A DNA stretch of 64,000 nt from the human T2T-CHM13v2.0 reference genome, Homo sapiens, in the NCBI RefSeq assembly GCF_009914755.1, contig NC_060925.1; one strand, 5' to 3'. Within the stretch, counting starts at the first letter, position 1. Every line of letters starts with the position of its first letter. Shown here in pieces: positions 1 through 18,289 of this stretch. Below the pieces are notes generated by a model. That model made no database searches. It was given only the letters and a program-made list of their open reading frames with translations, and was not told where the DNA came from. The translations under genes were made by a program, and so were the position numbers.

Positions 1-2313
1 AACCAATTATAACTTCTGTACCCATAAATTTCTGAGGAAGGGATTTATTACAACAATGGGGAGTACAAGTTCTAATTCCAGAACAATTATATAGCCCTCA
101 AAGTCAACATATGATGCATATAATGGGGTATGTTCCTGGTATTGGACTAGGAAAAAATTTGCGAGTTTTGAAAGAACCACTGCAAGTGGAAAGACAAAAT
201 TCCTGCCAAGGCTTAGGATATCATTTTTGATGGCAGCCATTGTTAAGCCTCCAGAACCTATACCTTTAAAATGGTTAACAGATAAGCCAATTTGGATAGA
301 ACAATGGCTGCTAAGTAAAGAGAAACTGGAGGCTTTAGAGAAATTAGTTCAATTAGAAAATGGGCACATAGCCCCAACATTTTCTGCTTGGGATTCTCCA
401 GTTTTCATAATTAAGAAAAATTCAGGTAAATAGAAAATGTTAACTGACTTAAGAGCCATCAATTCAGTTATACAACCTATGGGAGCATTACAGCCAGGAT
501 TGCCTTCTCCTGCTATAATTCCAAAAAATTGGCCTTTAATAGTCATAGATTTGAAAGACTGTTTCTTTACTATCCCTTTGGCTGAGCAAGACTGTGAATG
601 GTTTGCATTTACAATTCTTGCAGTAAACAACCTGCAGCCTGCTAAGCATTTTCATTGTTTTACAGATGGGTCTAGTAATGGTAAAACTTCTTATTCTGGC
701 TCAAAAAGTAAAGTTTTCCAGATGCCCTATACTTCAGCTCAAAAAGTGGAGCTTGTAGCTGTAATTGAGGTATTGACTGCTTTTGATATGCCTGTTAATG
801 TGATTTCTGATTCTTCATATATGGTTCTTTCCACACAGTTAATTGAAAATGCTCAGTTACGATTTCATACAGATGAACAACTGAAGACAAAAACAACAAA
901 GGGGGAGAAAGAGGGATTATGGGACAGCCCATATACAATTGAATCTAGCATTATTAACTTTAAATTTTTTGAGTCTGCCTAAAGGCCAGATGTTATCAGC
1001 AGCTGAACAGCATTTACAGAAACCGGCTGCAAAGACAGAAGCAGAACAACTGGTTTGGTGGAGAGATCCGATAACAAAAAGTTGGGAAATAGGTAAAATA
1101 ATAACTTGGGGTAGAGGTTATGTTTGTGTTTCTCCAGGCCAAAATCAATAACCAATTTGGATACCATCAAGACACCTGAAACCTTATCATGAGCCAGATG
1201 CTGAGGAAGAGATTCCAGGAGGATCCTGAGGACCCCCTGGTTGCAGCCACGTCGAGGCTGACACTGAGGAGGACCCCAACTGTCATGAGCAACACCCGTC
1301 GAACACAGCCATCCACCTGGGGACAAATCAAGAAGCTGTCACAGATGATGGAAGAAAACCTGAGGAAAGCGGGACAACCAATCACAATGAGTAATTTGGT
1401 GATCTATCACAGTGATGATCACCATTGCCATGAGTATTCCTTCAACAAGGGCTGACACAGAGAACAATTATACTTATTGGGCATATTTATCAATCTTGTC
1501 TGGCAATAATGCCTAGATGATTTCACTCTATGGCACAGTTACACATGCTTTCTGATCTCAGTATTTACCATAATAAATCTGCTCCTATAATTGAGGCATA
1601 CCACCCTCAAAAACCTATTTGTAAACAAAATAGAACCTGGCCAGAAATAATGAACAACTTGTTTAGTAAGATTGCATTGCAGAACAGGCAGAGATGCTAC
1701 GCAATGATTCCTATGGGATCATTGATTGGTCCCCTAAGGGGATGTTTAGCTTAAATTGCACCTCTCAGTCTGCATGCCATGGCCACACTAGTTCAGATGG
1801 TCTGAACAAAGTGGTCAGATGGCAGAAATGATAAGAAGTATGGCAAAAGTTCCTATTGTCTGGAACCATGGCAGTATAGTGTCACCTCAACCTCAAATGA
1901 TATGGCTCATTGTAGGAGCTAAACATAAGGATTTGTGGAAACTATTAATAGCTCTTAATAAGATCAAAATTTGGGAAAGAATAAAAAAAGCATCTAGAAA
2001 GACACTCTACAAACTTGTCTTTGGATATTACAAAATTAAAAGAACAAATATTTAAAGCATCCCAGGTACACCTGACCTTAATGACAGAAACTGGAGTGCT
2101 TGAAGGAGCTGCAGACAGATTAGCAGCTAGTAACCCATTAAAATGGATAAAAACACTTGGAAGCTCTGTGATTTCAATGATGATTGTGCTTTTAATCGGT
2201 ATTGTTTGTCTTTGTATAGTGTGCAGATGTGGATCCTGACTCCTGTGAGAAGTAGCTCACAGTGTCAAAGCTGCCTTTGCTTTTATCGATTTGCAAATCA
2301 AATAAGGGGGACA
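1..2313 (+). mobile_element. HERV-K(HML-3)/HERVK9-type internal region: end of pro, deleted pol, deleted env; non-functional
   Basis: Protease C-terminus (GRDLLQQW) and G-patch ([11 protein letters not shown]). RT N-terminus ([31 protein letters not shown]), RNase H (FTDGSS), integrase C-terminus (WWRDPITKSWEIGKIITWGRG) and env membrane anchor (SVISMMIVLLIGIVCLCIVCRC). Many stops and frameshifts. Polypurine tract AAATAAGGGGGA at about 2300-2311. Confidence 0.9.
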
Positions 2314-2831
2314 TATTGGGAACAGCACCCCCCCCCCCAAAATCTGGCCATAAACTGGTCCCAAAACTGGCCATAAACAAAATCTCTGCAGCACTGACAT
2401 GTTCATGATGGTCTTAATGCCCACGCTGGAAGGTTGTGGGTTTACCAGAATGAGAGCAAGGAACACCTGGCCCACCCAGGGTGGAAAACCACTTAAAGGC
2501 ATTCTTAAACCACAAACAATAGCATGAGTGATCTGTGCCTTAAGGCTGTGCTACTGCTGCAGATAACTAGCCCAACCCATCCCTTTATTTCAGCCCATCC
2601 CTTCGTTTCCCATAAGGGATACTTTTAATTAATCTAATATGTATAGAAAGAATGCTAATGACTGGCTTGCTGTTAATAAATAACGTGGGTAAATCTCTGT
2701 TGGAGGCTCTCAGCTCTGAAGGCTGTGAGACCCCGGATTTCCCACTTCACACCTCTGTATTTCTGTGTGTCTGTCTTTAATTCCTTTAGCACCACTGGGT
2801 TAGGGTCTCCCCGACCGAGCTGGTCTTTGCA
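2314..2831 (+). mobile_element. 3' LTR, MER9-type
   Basis: Starts just after the polypurine tract (TATTGGGAACAG, TG decayed to TA). Contains the repeated CTGGCCATAAAC typical of MER9 and AATAAA at 2675-2680. Ends CCGACCGAGCTGGTCTTTGCA. Confidence 0.85.
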
Positions 2832-2865
2832 CTTCTCACTTCTGGATATAGGCCTCCCTAGAGGG

Positions 2866-3160
2866 TTTTTTTTTTCTTTTTTGATAGGATCTTGCTCTTT
2901 CATCCAGGCTGGTGTGCTGTAGTGTATTCATGGCTTGCTGCAGTCTTGATCTCCCAGACTCAAGTAATCCTCCCATCTCAGCCTCCTGAATAGCTAGGAC
3001 CACAGGCCTGTGCCACCATGTCTGGCTACTTTAATTTTTTTTCCCTTAGAGACAGAGTCTCACTATGTTGCCCAGGCTGGTCTCACATTCCTGCACTCGT
3101 CATCTTCCTGCCTTGGCCTTCCAAAGTGCTGAGATTACAGGCATGAAACACTACACCTGG
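2866..3160 (-). mobile_element. Old Alu (AluJ-like)
   Basis: Diverged antisense dimeric Alu with a poly-T head. Confidence 0.8.
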
Positions 3161-3175
3161 CCATCCCTGGAGTAT

Positions 3176-3440
3176 TTCTTCCTTCCTTCCTTCCTTGCTT
3201 CCTTCCTTCCTTTTTTCTTTTCCTCCCTCCCTCTCTCTTTCTTTCTTTGTTTCTTTTTCTCCCTTTCTTCCTTTCTTTCTTTCTTTTCTTTCTTTCTTCC
3301 TTCCTTTCTTTTTCTTTCTCTCTTTCTTTCTTCTTTCCTTCCTCCTTCCCTCCTTCCCTCCCCTCCCTCCCCCTCCCCTCCCTTCCTTCCTTCCTTCTTT
3401 CCTTCCTTCCTTCCTTTCTTCCTTCCTTCTTTCCTGTCTT
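3176..3440. repeat. Polypyrimidine (CTTT/CCTT)n low-complexity tract
   Basis: About 260 bp almost entirely C/T on the + strand. Confidence 0.95.
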
Positions 3441-3454
3441 ATTTCAAAACACAT

Positions 3455-5248
3455 GTCTTCCAGTTCAGAAATTATTTAATATGCTTGGTCTAGTGTATGA
3501 CTAAATTTTTATTTAATTCATTAAATTCTTCAGCTCTGAGATTTCTGCTGTTTTTTTAATACTATCTTTTTTGTTGTTGTTGAATTTCTCATTCAAATTA
3601 TGAAATGTTTTTCTGATTTTGTTGAATTGTCTATTTGTGTTCTTTTGTATCTCAATGAATTTTTTTTGTCACTGTTGTTTTTGAGACAGGGCCTCACCTT
3701 CTTGCCCAGGCTAGAGTTCAGTGGTGTGATTGTAGCCCACTATAACCTCAAACTCTTGGGCTCAAGCAATCCTCTTGCCTCAGCCTCCACAGTAGCTAGG
3801 AATATAGCTGTGTGTCACCATGCCCAGCTAATTATTTATTTATTTTTGTAGCGATATGGTCTTCCTGTGTTGCCCAGGCTGATCTCAAATCCCTGCCCTC
3901 AAGTCATCCTTCCATCCTGGCTTCTCAAAGTACTGGGATTAGAGGCATGAGCTACTGTGCCTGGCCTCATCAAGTTTCTTTAAGATTTTTATTTTTAATT
4001 GTTTTTCTTTCTGGCATTTCTTATATTTCCTATGATTACTGTTACTGGAGAATTACTGTTTTCTGTTGAAGGTGACATGTTTCCTTTCATTTTCATGGTT
4101 GATGTATTTCTACATTGGTTTCTACATATCTGGTGGAAAAGTCATCTTTTCTATTTTTATGGAATAGGTTTTCAGGAGAAAAGTTTATTTGTATGAATGA
4201 GTCTTGGGATGTCAGTACTGTGGGGTGCATTTGCCTTGGTTCTAGGTGGATGCAGTAGTGCAATCTCCATGTAGTTTCTTCAGCTATAGTCCACACTAGT
4301 GGTGTCTGCAAGTTTCCCAGTAGCCTAAGCTGAGAGAATTTGTGGTGATGATGGTGTGGCTTTGTGAGGGGTGAGCTCACCTGGCTGTTTCTGTTTCTCA
4401 GGTTGGAAGCATGTGTGTGTGCACAGTGGGTCAGCCAACATGGGGTCTGGCTCTCTGGGGTTGGAGCCTTCAGCCATCTGTGTACTGGAAGGGTGTAGTG
4501 GCTACTGGTCCCCAGAGAAGGGCACACTGCAGAAGTGGCTATGGTCTCAATATTGTACCATGCCACAGCAGCTTGGCTCACAGGGAGTGGGTGGAGTGTG
4601 GGGAGTGTATACTTTGTGCTCCTAATCTAGGGCAAGGCAGCTACGTGAATTCCTGGTAGCTCTCCAAACTGGGCCTAGGACTTGTGAGGACTGTGACATT
4701 CTCCTATAGTACGGACAGTAGGTATTTGTGGTGGCCATGTATCTAGTGGGAATCTTCTGCTTACCTATTCCTTGCAGTGGGAAATCCTTCCCATATCTGG
4801 GCTGATCTGATCCTGGTGAGGGAAATGGGGCTATAAAGGGCAGGTGCCTCCATGTTGCCCTCCTGTACTTCCAATCACCACATGTGCATCTCCACTTCCT
4901 CACTGTACTCCAGTGCTCTTCCTTCAACAATCTAGTCAAGTCTTAGCTATTTATTTATTGCCATGGTCCTTTCTTGTGGGGAAGACTAGCACCAGGCATC
5001 TCTAGTCAGCCATCTTGCTCAAAAGTTTTAAATTTTGATGAAGTCCAATTTGCCTATTTTTTTCTTTCGTTGCTCATGCTTTTGGAGTTATATCTAGGAA
5101 TTCTTTGCCAAATTTAAGATCACGAAGATACCTCTGTGTTTTCTTCTAAAAGGTTAATAGCTTTTGCTTTCTTACTAAATTTTCATTGATTTTCTTGAAT
5201 AGAAGTTTCTTCACTTGCTGTTTACCCTTAGGACCATTCCTAGAGGTT

Positions 5249-5250
<2 letters not shown>
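3455..5250 (-). mobile_element. Ancient L1M fragments, interrupted by an Alu at about 3678-3967
   Basis: T-rich antisense L1-like sequence (e.g. TTTTAAATTTTGATGAAGTCCAATTT). Subfamily not resolved. Confidence 0.55.
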
Positions 5251-5253
<3 letters not shown>

Positions 5254-5314
<61 letters not shown>

Positions 5315-5753
5315 TTCCTTTTCTTTCCTTTTTTTGTTTCAGACAGAGTCTCACTTTGTTGCCCAGGCTGGAGTGCAATGGTGCAATCTTGGCTCACTGC
5401 AACTCTGCCTTCCAGGTTCAAGTGATTCTCCTGCCTCAGCCTCCTGAGTTGCTGGGATTACAGGCATGTGCCACCATGCCTGGCTAATTTTGTATTTTTA
5501 GTAGAGATGGGGTTTCTCCATGTTGGTCAGGCTGGTCTCGAACTCCTGACCTCAGGTGATCTGCCTGCTTCAGCCTCCCAAAATGTTGGGATTACAGGTG
5601 TGAGCCACTGCAGCCAGCCAATTTTTGTATTTTTAGTAGAGAAGAGGTTTCACCATGTTGCACAGGCTGGTCTCGAACTCCTGACCTCAAGTGATCCACC
5701 CCCTTCAGCCTCCCAAAGTGTGGGATTACAGGCACGAGCCACCACACCTGGCC
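5254..5753 (-). mobile_element. (TG)n microsatellite plus AluS carrying an extra left monomer
   Basis: TG run at 5254-5308, a full antisense Alu to about 5612, then a second left arm at about 5620-5753. TGTGTGTGTTTT is repeated on both sides. Confidence 0.85.
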
Positions 5754-7144
5754 TAAATGTGTGTGTGTGTTTTTTTTAATAATTTTCACCAGTTTCACTG
5801 GGGAGCTGGTCAGTGGAACTCCTCACATTGTCATGCCAGTTGTTGATCCCTGTCCATCCATTCTTGATAAAAATCTCAAAATAACAATATATATATTTTT
5901 CCCAATGCAAAACAAGAATCATGTTTAATCACAGAAAAACTAGATACATTTATAATAAAGTTGGAAACGGTATAAGAATGTCTACTGTCAACTCTTCCAA
6001 GATGGCCGAATAGGAACAGCTCCTGTCTGCAGCTCCCAGCGAGATCGACACAGAAGATGGGTGATTTCTGCATTTCCAACCTAGGTACCTGGTTCATCTC
6101 ACTGGGACTGGTTGAACAGTGGGTGCAGCCCACAGAGGGAGAGCGAAGCAGGGCATGGTGTCACCTCACCCAGGAAGTGCAAGGGGTCAGGGGATTTCCC
6201 TTTCCTAATCAAGGGAAGCGGTGAGAGACTGTACCAGGAGGAACAGTACACTCTGCCCAAATACTGCACCTTTCCCATTGTCTTCACAACTGGCAGACCA
6301 GGAGATTCCCTCTGGTGCCTGGCTTGGCAGGTCCCATGACCACAGAGCCCAGCAATCTATGATCCATTGGCTTGATATTCTTGCTGCTAGCGCAGCGGTC
6401 TGGGATTGACCTGGGACACTGGAGCTTGGTGGGGGGAGGGGTGTCTGCCATTGCTGAGGCTTGAGTAGGCAGTTTTATGCTCACAGCATAAACAAAGCTG
6501 CCAGGAAGCTTGAACTGGGCAGAGCCCACCACAGCTCAGCAAGGCCAACTGCCTCTCTAGATTCCACCTCTGTGGGCAGGGCATATCGGAACAAAAGGCA
6601 GCAGCCCTAGTCAGGGACTTATAGTTAAAACCCTCATCCCCCTGGGACAGAGCACCTGGGGAAAGGGGCAGCTGTGGGCACAGCTTCTCCAGACTTCAAT
6701 GTCCCTGCCTGACAGCTCTGAAGAGAGCAGTGGTTCTCCCAGCATGGCATTCAAGCTCTGGGACAGACTGCCTCCTCAAGTGGGTCCCTGACCGCTGTGT
6801 AGCCTGACTGGGAGACATCTCCCAGTAGGGGCCAACAGACACCTCATACAGGAGAGTTCTGGCTGGCATCTGGTGGGCGCCCCTCTGGGACGAAGCTTCC
6901 AGAGGAAGTATCAGGCAGCAATATTTGCTGTTTTGCAGCCTCCTCTGGTGATACCCAGAAAAACAGAGTCTGGAGTGGACCTCCAGCAAACTCCAACAGA
7001 CCTTCAGCTGAGAGACCTGACTGTTAGAAGGAAAACTAACAAACAGAAAGGAATAGCATCAACATCAACAAAAAGGACATCCACACCAAAACCCCATCCG
7101 TAGGTCAGCAACATCAAAAACCAAAGGTAGATAAAACCACAAAG

Positions 7145-8223
7145 ATGAGGGGAAACCGGAACAGAGAGGCTGAAAATTCCAAAAACCAGAACACCTCTTC
7201 TCCTCCAAAGGATTACAACTCCTTGCCAGCAAGGGAACAAAACTGGATGGAGAATGAGTTTGATGAGTTGATAGAAGTAGGCTTCAGAAAGTGGGTAATA
7301 ACAAACTTCTCTGAGCTAAAGGAGCATGTTCCAACCCATCACAAGGAAGCTAAAAACCTTGAAAAAAGGTTAGAGGAATGGCTAACTAGAATAACCAGTG
7401 TAGAGAAGAGCATAAATGACCTGATGGAACTGAAAAACACAGCATGAGAACTTCATGAGGCATACACAAACTTCAATAGCTGATTTGATCAAGCGGAAGA
7501 AAGGGAAGAAAGTGACTGAAGATCAAATTAATGAAATAAAGTGGGAAGACAAGATTACAGAAAAAAGAATAAAAAGAAAGAAAGCCTCCAAGAAATATGG
7601 GACTATGTGAAAAGACCAAATCTACATTTGATTGGTGTACCTGAAAGTGATGGGGAGAATGGAACCAAGTGAGAAAACACTCTTCAGGATATTATCGAGG
7701 AGAACTTCCCCAACCTAGCAAGGCAGGCCAACATTCAAATTCAGGAAATATGAGAACATCACAAAGATATTCCTCGAGAAGAGCAACCCCAAGGCACATA
7801 ATAGTCAGATTCACCAAGGTTGAAATGAAAGAAAAAATGTTAAGGGCTGCCAGAGAGAAAGGTTGGGTTACCCACGAAGGGGAGCCCATCAGACTAACAG
7901 CGGATCTCTCTGCAGAAACCTTTCAAGCCAGAAGACAGTGGGGGCCAATATTCAACGTTCTCATATGTAACTAATGTGCACGTTGTGCACATGTACCCTA
8001 AAACTTAAAGTTAAATAAAAAAAAAAAGAATTTTCAACCCAGAATTTCATATCCAGCCAAACTAAGCTTCATAAGTGAAGGAGAAATAAAATCCTTTAAA
8101 GACAAGCAAATGCTGAGAGCTTTTGTCACCACCAGGCCTGCCTTACAAGAGCTCTTGAAGGAAGCACTAAACATGGAAAGGAGCAACTGGTACCAGTCAC
8201 TGCAAAAACATGCCAAATTGTAA
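7145..8223 (+). pseudogene. L1 ORF1p remnant
   Basis: Coiled-coil segment (NLEKRLEEWLTRITSVEK) and RRM segment (RATPRHIIVRFTKVEMKEKMLRAAREK). Broken by stops, frameshifts and a nested insertion. Confidence 0.9.
7962..8025 (+). mobile_element. Extremely 5'-truncated younger L1PA 3' end nested in ORF1
   Basis: CATATGTAACTAATGTGCACGTTGTGCACATGTACCCTAAAACTTAAAG plus an A tail interrupts the ORF1 sequence TTCAACGTTCT|...AGAATTTTCAACCC. Confidence 0.85.
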
Positions 8224-8286
8224 AGACCATCAACGCTATGAAGAAACTGCATCAATTAACAGGCAAAATAACCAGCTAGCATCATA

Positions 8287-12086
<3,800 letters not shown>

Positions 12087-12646
12087 ACAATGAGAACACA
12101 TGGACACAGGGAGGGGAACATCACACACTGGGACCTGTCGGGGGGTGGGGGGTGGGGGAGGGATAGCATTAGGAGAACTACCTAATATAAATGACGAATT
12201 GATGGGGGCAGCCAACCAACATGGCACATGTATACCTATGTAACAACCCTGCACGTTGTGCACATGTACCCCAGAACTTAATGTATAGTAATAATAATAA
12301 TAAAGAATGTCTACTGTCTTCACTATTATTTAACATTGTTTTGCAGATACTAGTCAAGGCAACTAGATAAGAGAAAAAATTATAGGTATAAAATTTGGAA
12401 AGGAGGTACAGTTATAATTATTTGCAGACAGAATGTATAGCTGAAAAAGCTGAAGCAATCAAAAGCAAAACTACTAACATTGTAAGAGAATTCAGTAAGT
12501 AATCTGGATGCACAATTAATATACAGAATTGATAGCCTTTATGTATGTAAACAACAACAACCAGTTAGAAAATACAATAAAAGAAATTCCATTTATAAAG
12601 GCAGTAAAAAACATTTAGGGTTAAACTTAAGACATGTGTAAGTGCT

Positions 12647-13019
<373 letters not shown>

Positions 13020-13065
13020 TTAAATTAAAAAAACCTACAGTGGTCCCCCACTTATCTGTGGGTAA

Positions 13066-13558
<493 letters not shown>

Positions 13559-13714
13559 TTTTTGCTGTATATATTATACATACCTATGATAAAGTTTAAT
13601 TTACAAATTAGGCATAGTAATATATTAACGACTAATAATAAAATAGACCAATTATAACAATATACCAGCATCACAATGCTTGTACTTTGGGGTTGTTGTT
13701 ATTATTATTATTAT

Positions 13715-13999
<285 letters not shown>

Positions 14000-14714
14000 A
14001 TTTTGGAGCTATTACTAAGTAAAATAGGGGTTACTTGAACACAAGCACTGTGATACCGTGACAGTTAATTTGATAACTGAGATGCTACTCAGTGACTAAT
14101 GAGCACATAGTGTATAAGCATGGATATGCTGGACAAAGGGGTGATTCACATTCCAGGCAGAACATACACCAGGATGGTGCAAGATTTCATCATGCTACCC
14201 AAAACAGCATGCAATTTAAAACTTATGAATTGTGTATTTCTGAAATTTTCCATTTAATATTTTTCAGACCAGGGTTGACTGCGGGTAACTGAAACTGTGG
14301 AAAGTGAAACCCACAGTTTCAGTTATCCGCAGTAAGGACTGACCTTCCTCTATATCTTGTAGGGTCCATCCTCACCTAGAACATAAAGATGTACTTGGGG
14401 GCTATTATAGATGTACTTTGGGGCTAACATAAAGATGTTTTAGGCTTATAGCTTTTGCTTTCTTATTAAATTTTCATAGGTTTTCTTGAATAGATGTGTC
14501 TTCATTTGCTGTTTGCCCTTGGGACTATTTCTCGAGGCTTTATTTTATTTTATTTTATTTTAGTAATTTTCACCAGTTTCACAGGGGAGCTGGTCAGTGG
14601 AACTCCTCACATTGTCATGCCACTTCTGCAGTGTGCCCTCCTCTGGGGGCCAGTAGCCACTACACCTTTCCAGAACTCAGATGTTGGGATGACAACATCA
14701 AGGGAAACCAAGGA

Positions 14715-14978
14715 TGTTGGGAATTCCAAGATCAAGGTGCTGGCAGATTTGATGTTGGTGAGAGTCCTCTTCCTCTTCCATAGATAGCTGTCATTTCACT
14801 GTAACCTCACACGGCAGAGGGTGAGATATCTCTGGGTCTCTTTTATAAGGGCACTAATCCCATTCATGAGGACTCTACCCTCATGACCTAATCACTTCCC
14901 AAAAGCCCTTAATACCATCACCTTGGGGGTTAGGATTTCAACATATGAATTTTGGGGCAAAACACACAGTCTCTAGCA
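14715..14978. mobile_element. MLT1A-like MaLR LTR fragment; second short fragment at about 15388-15452
   Basis: CCAAGATCAAGGTGCTGGCAGATT...TTATAAGGGCACTAATCCCATTCATGAGG...GGGGTTAGGATTTCAACATATGAATTTTGGGG. Confidence 0.75.
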
Positions 14979-15452
14979 ACTAGAAAGCCTTTCTAATTCT
15001 CTCTCTCTCTCATCATCGTTGGTATGAGCTCAATTCTTGTTTTTAATGGTTTAAAATTCATCCTTGTATTTAATTATTTTGGTGCTTAAATTGCACGTAG
15101 AGACCACTTTGATCTGGTTCCTGTGACCTTGTAACATACTCCCATCAATTTTTTGGAACAATTCCTTGCTTTCTGGTATAAAAATATGTTCCAGACTTAT
15201 CTTGTATCCAATCCTATCCCCGCCTTGGAATCAACCATTTCTTTTAAGAAGTTCTGTCTCCTTTTAGAAAGGAATGGTGTTAGAAGCTGAAATCTGGGTA
15301 CTAGATTTGTTCCTTTTTACTGGGTGTCATTACTTCTTGGAACTTTCAGCAGTCAGCACTAGGAAATATATCCATGTACACACCATTGTTCTGGAGGCTG
15401 GGAAGTCCAGGATCAAGTTGCTGGCAGATTCGATGTCTAGTTAGGGCCCTCT

Positions 15453-15810
15453 TCATGCATTGCTTAACAATGGAGACACATTCTGAGAAAAGTCTCTTTA
15501 GGTGATTTTGTCATTGTGTGAACCTCATAGAGTGTACTTACACAAACCTAGATGGTATAGCCTACTATACACCTTGACTACATGGTATAGCCTACTATAC
15601 ACCTTGACTACATGGTATAGCCTATTGCTCCAAGGCTAGAAGCCTGTACAGCATGTTACTGTACTGCATACTATAATACAATGCTAAGTATTTGTGTATC
15701 TAAACACAGCAAAAAGTACAATAAAAATACAGAACTATAACCTTATGGGATCCCATTGTATATGCGATTGTCATTGACTGAAACATTGTTATGTGGCCCA
15801 GGGCTACATA
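15453..15810. mobile_element. Tigger3-like DNA transposon with an internal 30-bp tandem duplication
   Basis: CATAGAGTGTACTTACACAAACCTAGATGGTATAGCCTAC. The unit ATGGTATAGCCTACTATACACCTTGACTAC occurs twice, followed by a partial third copy. Confidence 0.7.
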
Positions 15811-15899
15811 CCCGTACATACAAATGTACATACACACATATATACATATTCATACATATACATGTGCACATAAACAGGCACACAAACATACATATACAA

Positions 15900-17860
<1,961 letters not shown>

Positions 17861-18289
17861 TCTTATTTAAACAAAAATCTTTGTTGAAGGAAAAGTGTTT
17901 ACTTCCAGCTCTGGAAGTAAGAAGTAACTCGCATAATTCTAAAGAATCTGCTTTCATGTTATGCAATTTAGAGACAGAAGGTCTTAGTGTCATCCTGTTT
18001 GATCTACCATCTAGAGCAGGAGCTCCTCTGACAACATCCCTGGCAGGTGGTTAGCTTACCTCTTCTTGGGCATGTTCAGGGATTCACAGTCTTAAAATTA
18101 CCCCATTCCAGTCTAGAATGGTGAGATGGCTGTCTTACAAATGCTTCTATACTACCTCAATATACGACTAATGCCATGTTGTAGTTAGACAACTACATAG
18201 GTTACAGTGGGTTTGGAAGATGAAAGGCTAAAGAAATGTACCCAATTCAGATGCTACTTATGTGCCACTCAAAACCCTCCTACTAAGCC

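Noticed and set aside
437-982. 181-aa ORF as a functional pol protein
   Set aside because: It lacks the LPQG and YxDD catalytic region, is preceded by an in-frame stop, and is a deletion product.
3065-3504. F/S/L-rich and K/E/R-rich ORFs
   Set aside because: They are translations of a simple pyrimidine tract. The same applies to the CV-, HT- and IY-rich ORFs at 5.2 kb and 13.1 kb and the ORFs at 62.2-62.8 kb.
5146-5798. ORFs with LECSG / PPCLANF / [10 protein letters not shown] motifs here and elsewhere in the window
   Set aside because: These are standard Alu-derived translations.
15550-15625. 30-bp direct repeats as a CRISPR-like array
   Set aside because: They are head-to-tail with no spacers and lie inside a Tigger3-like element.
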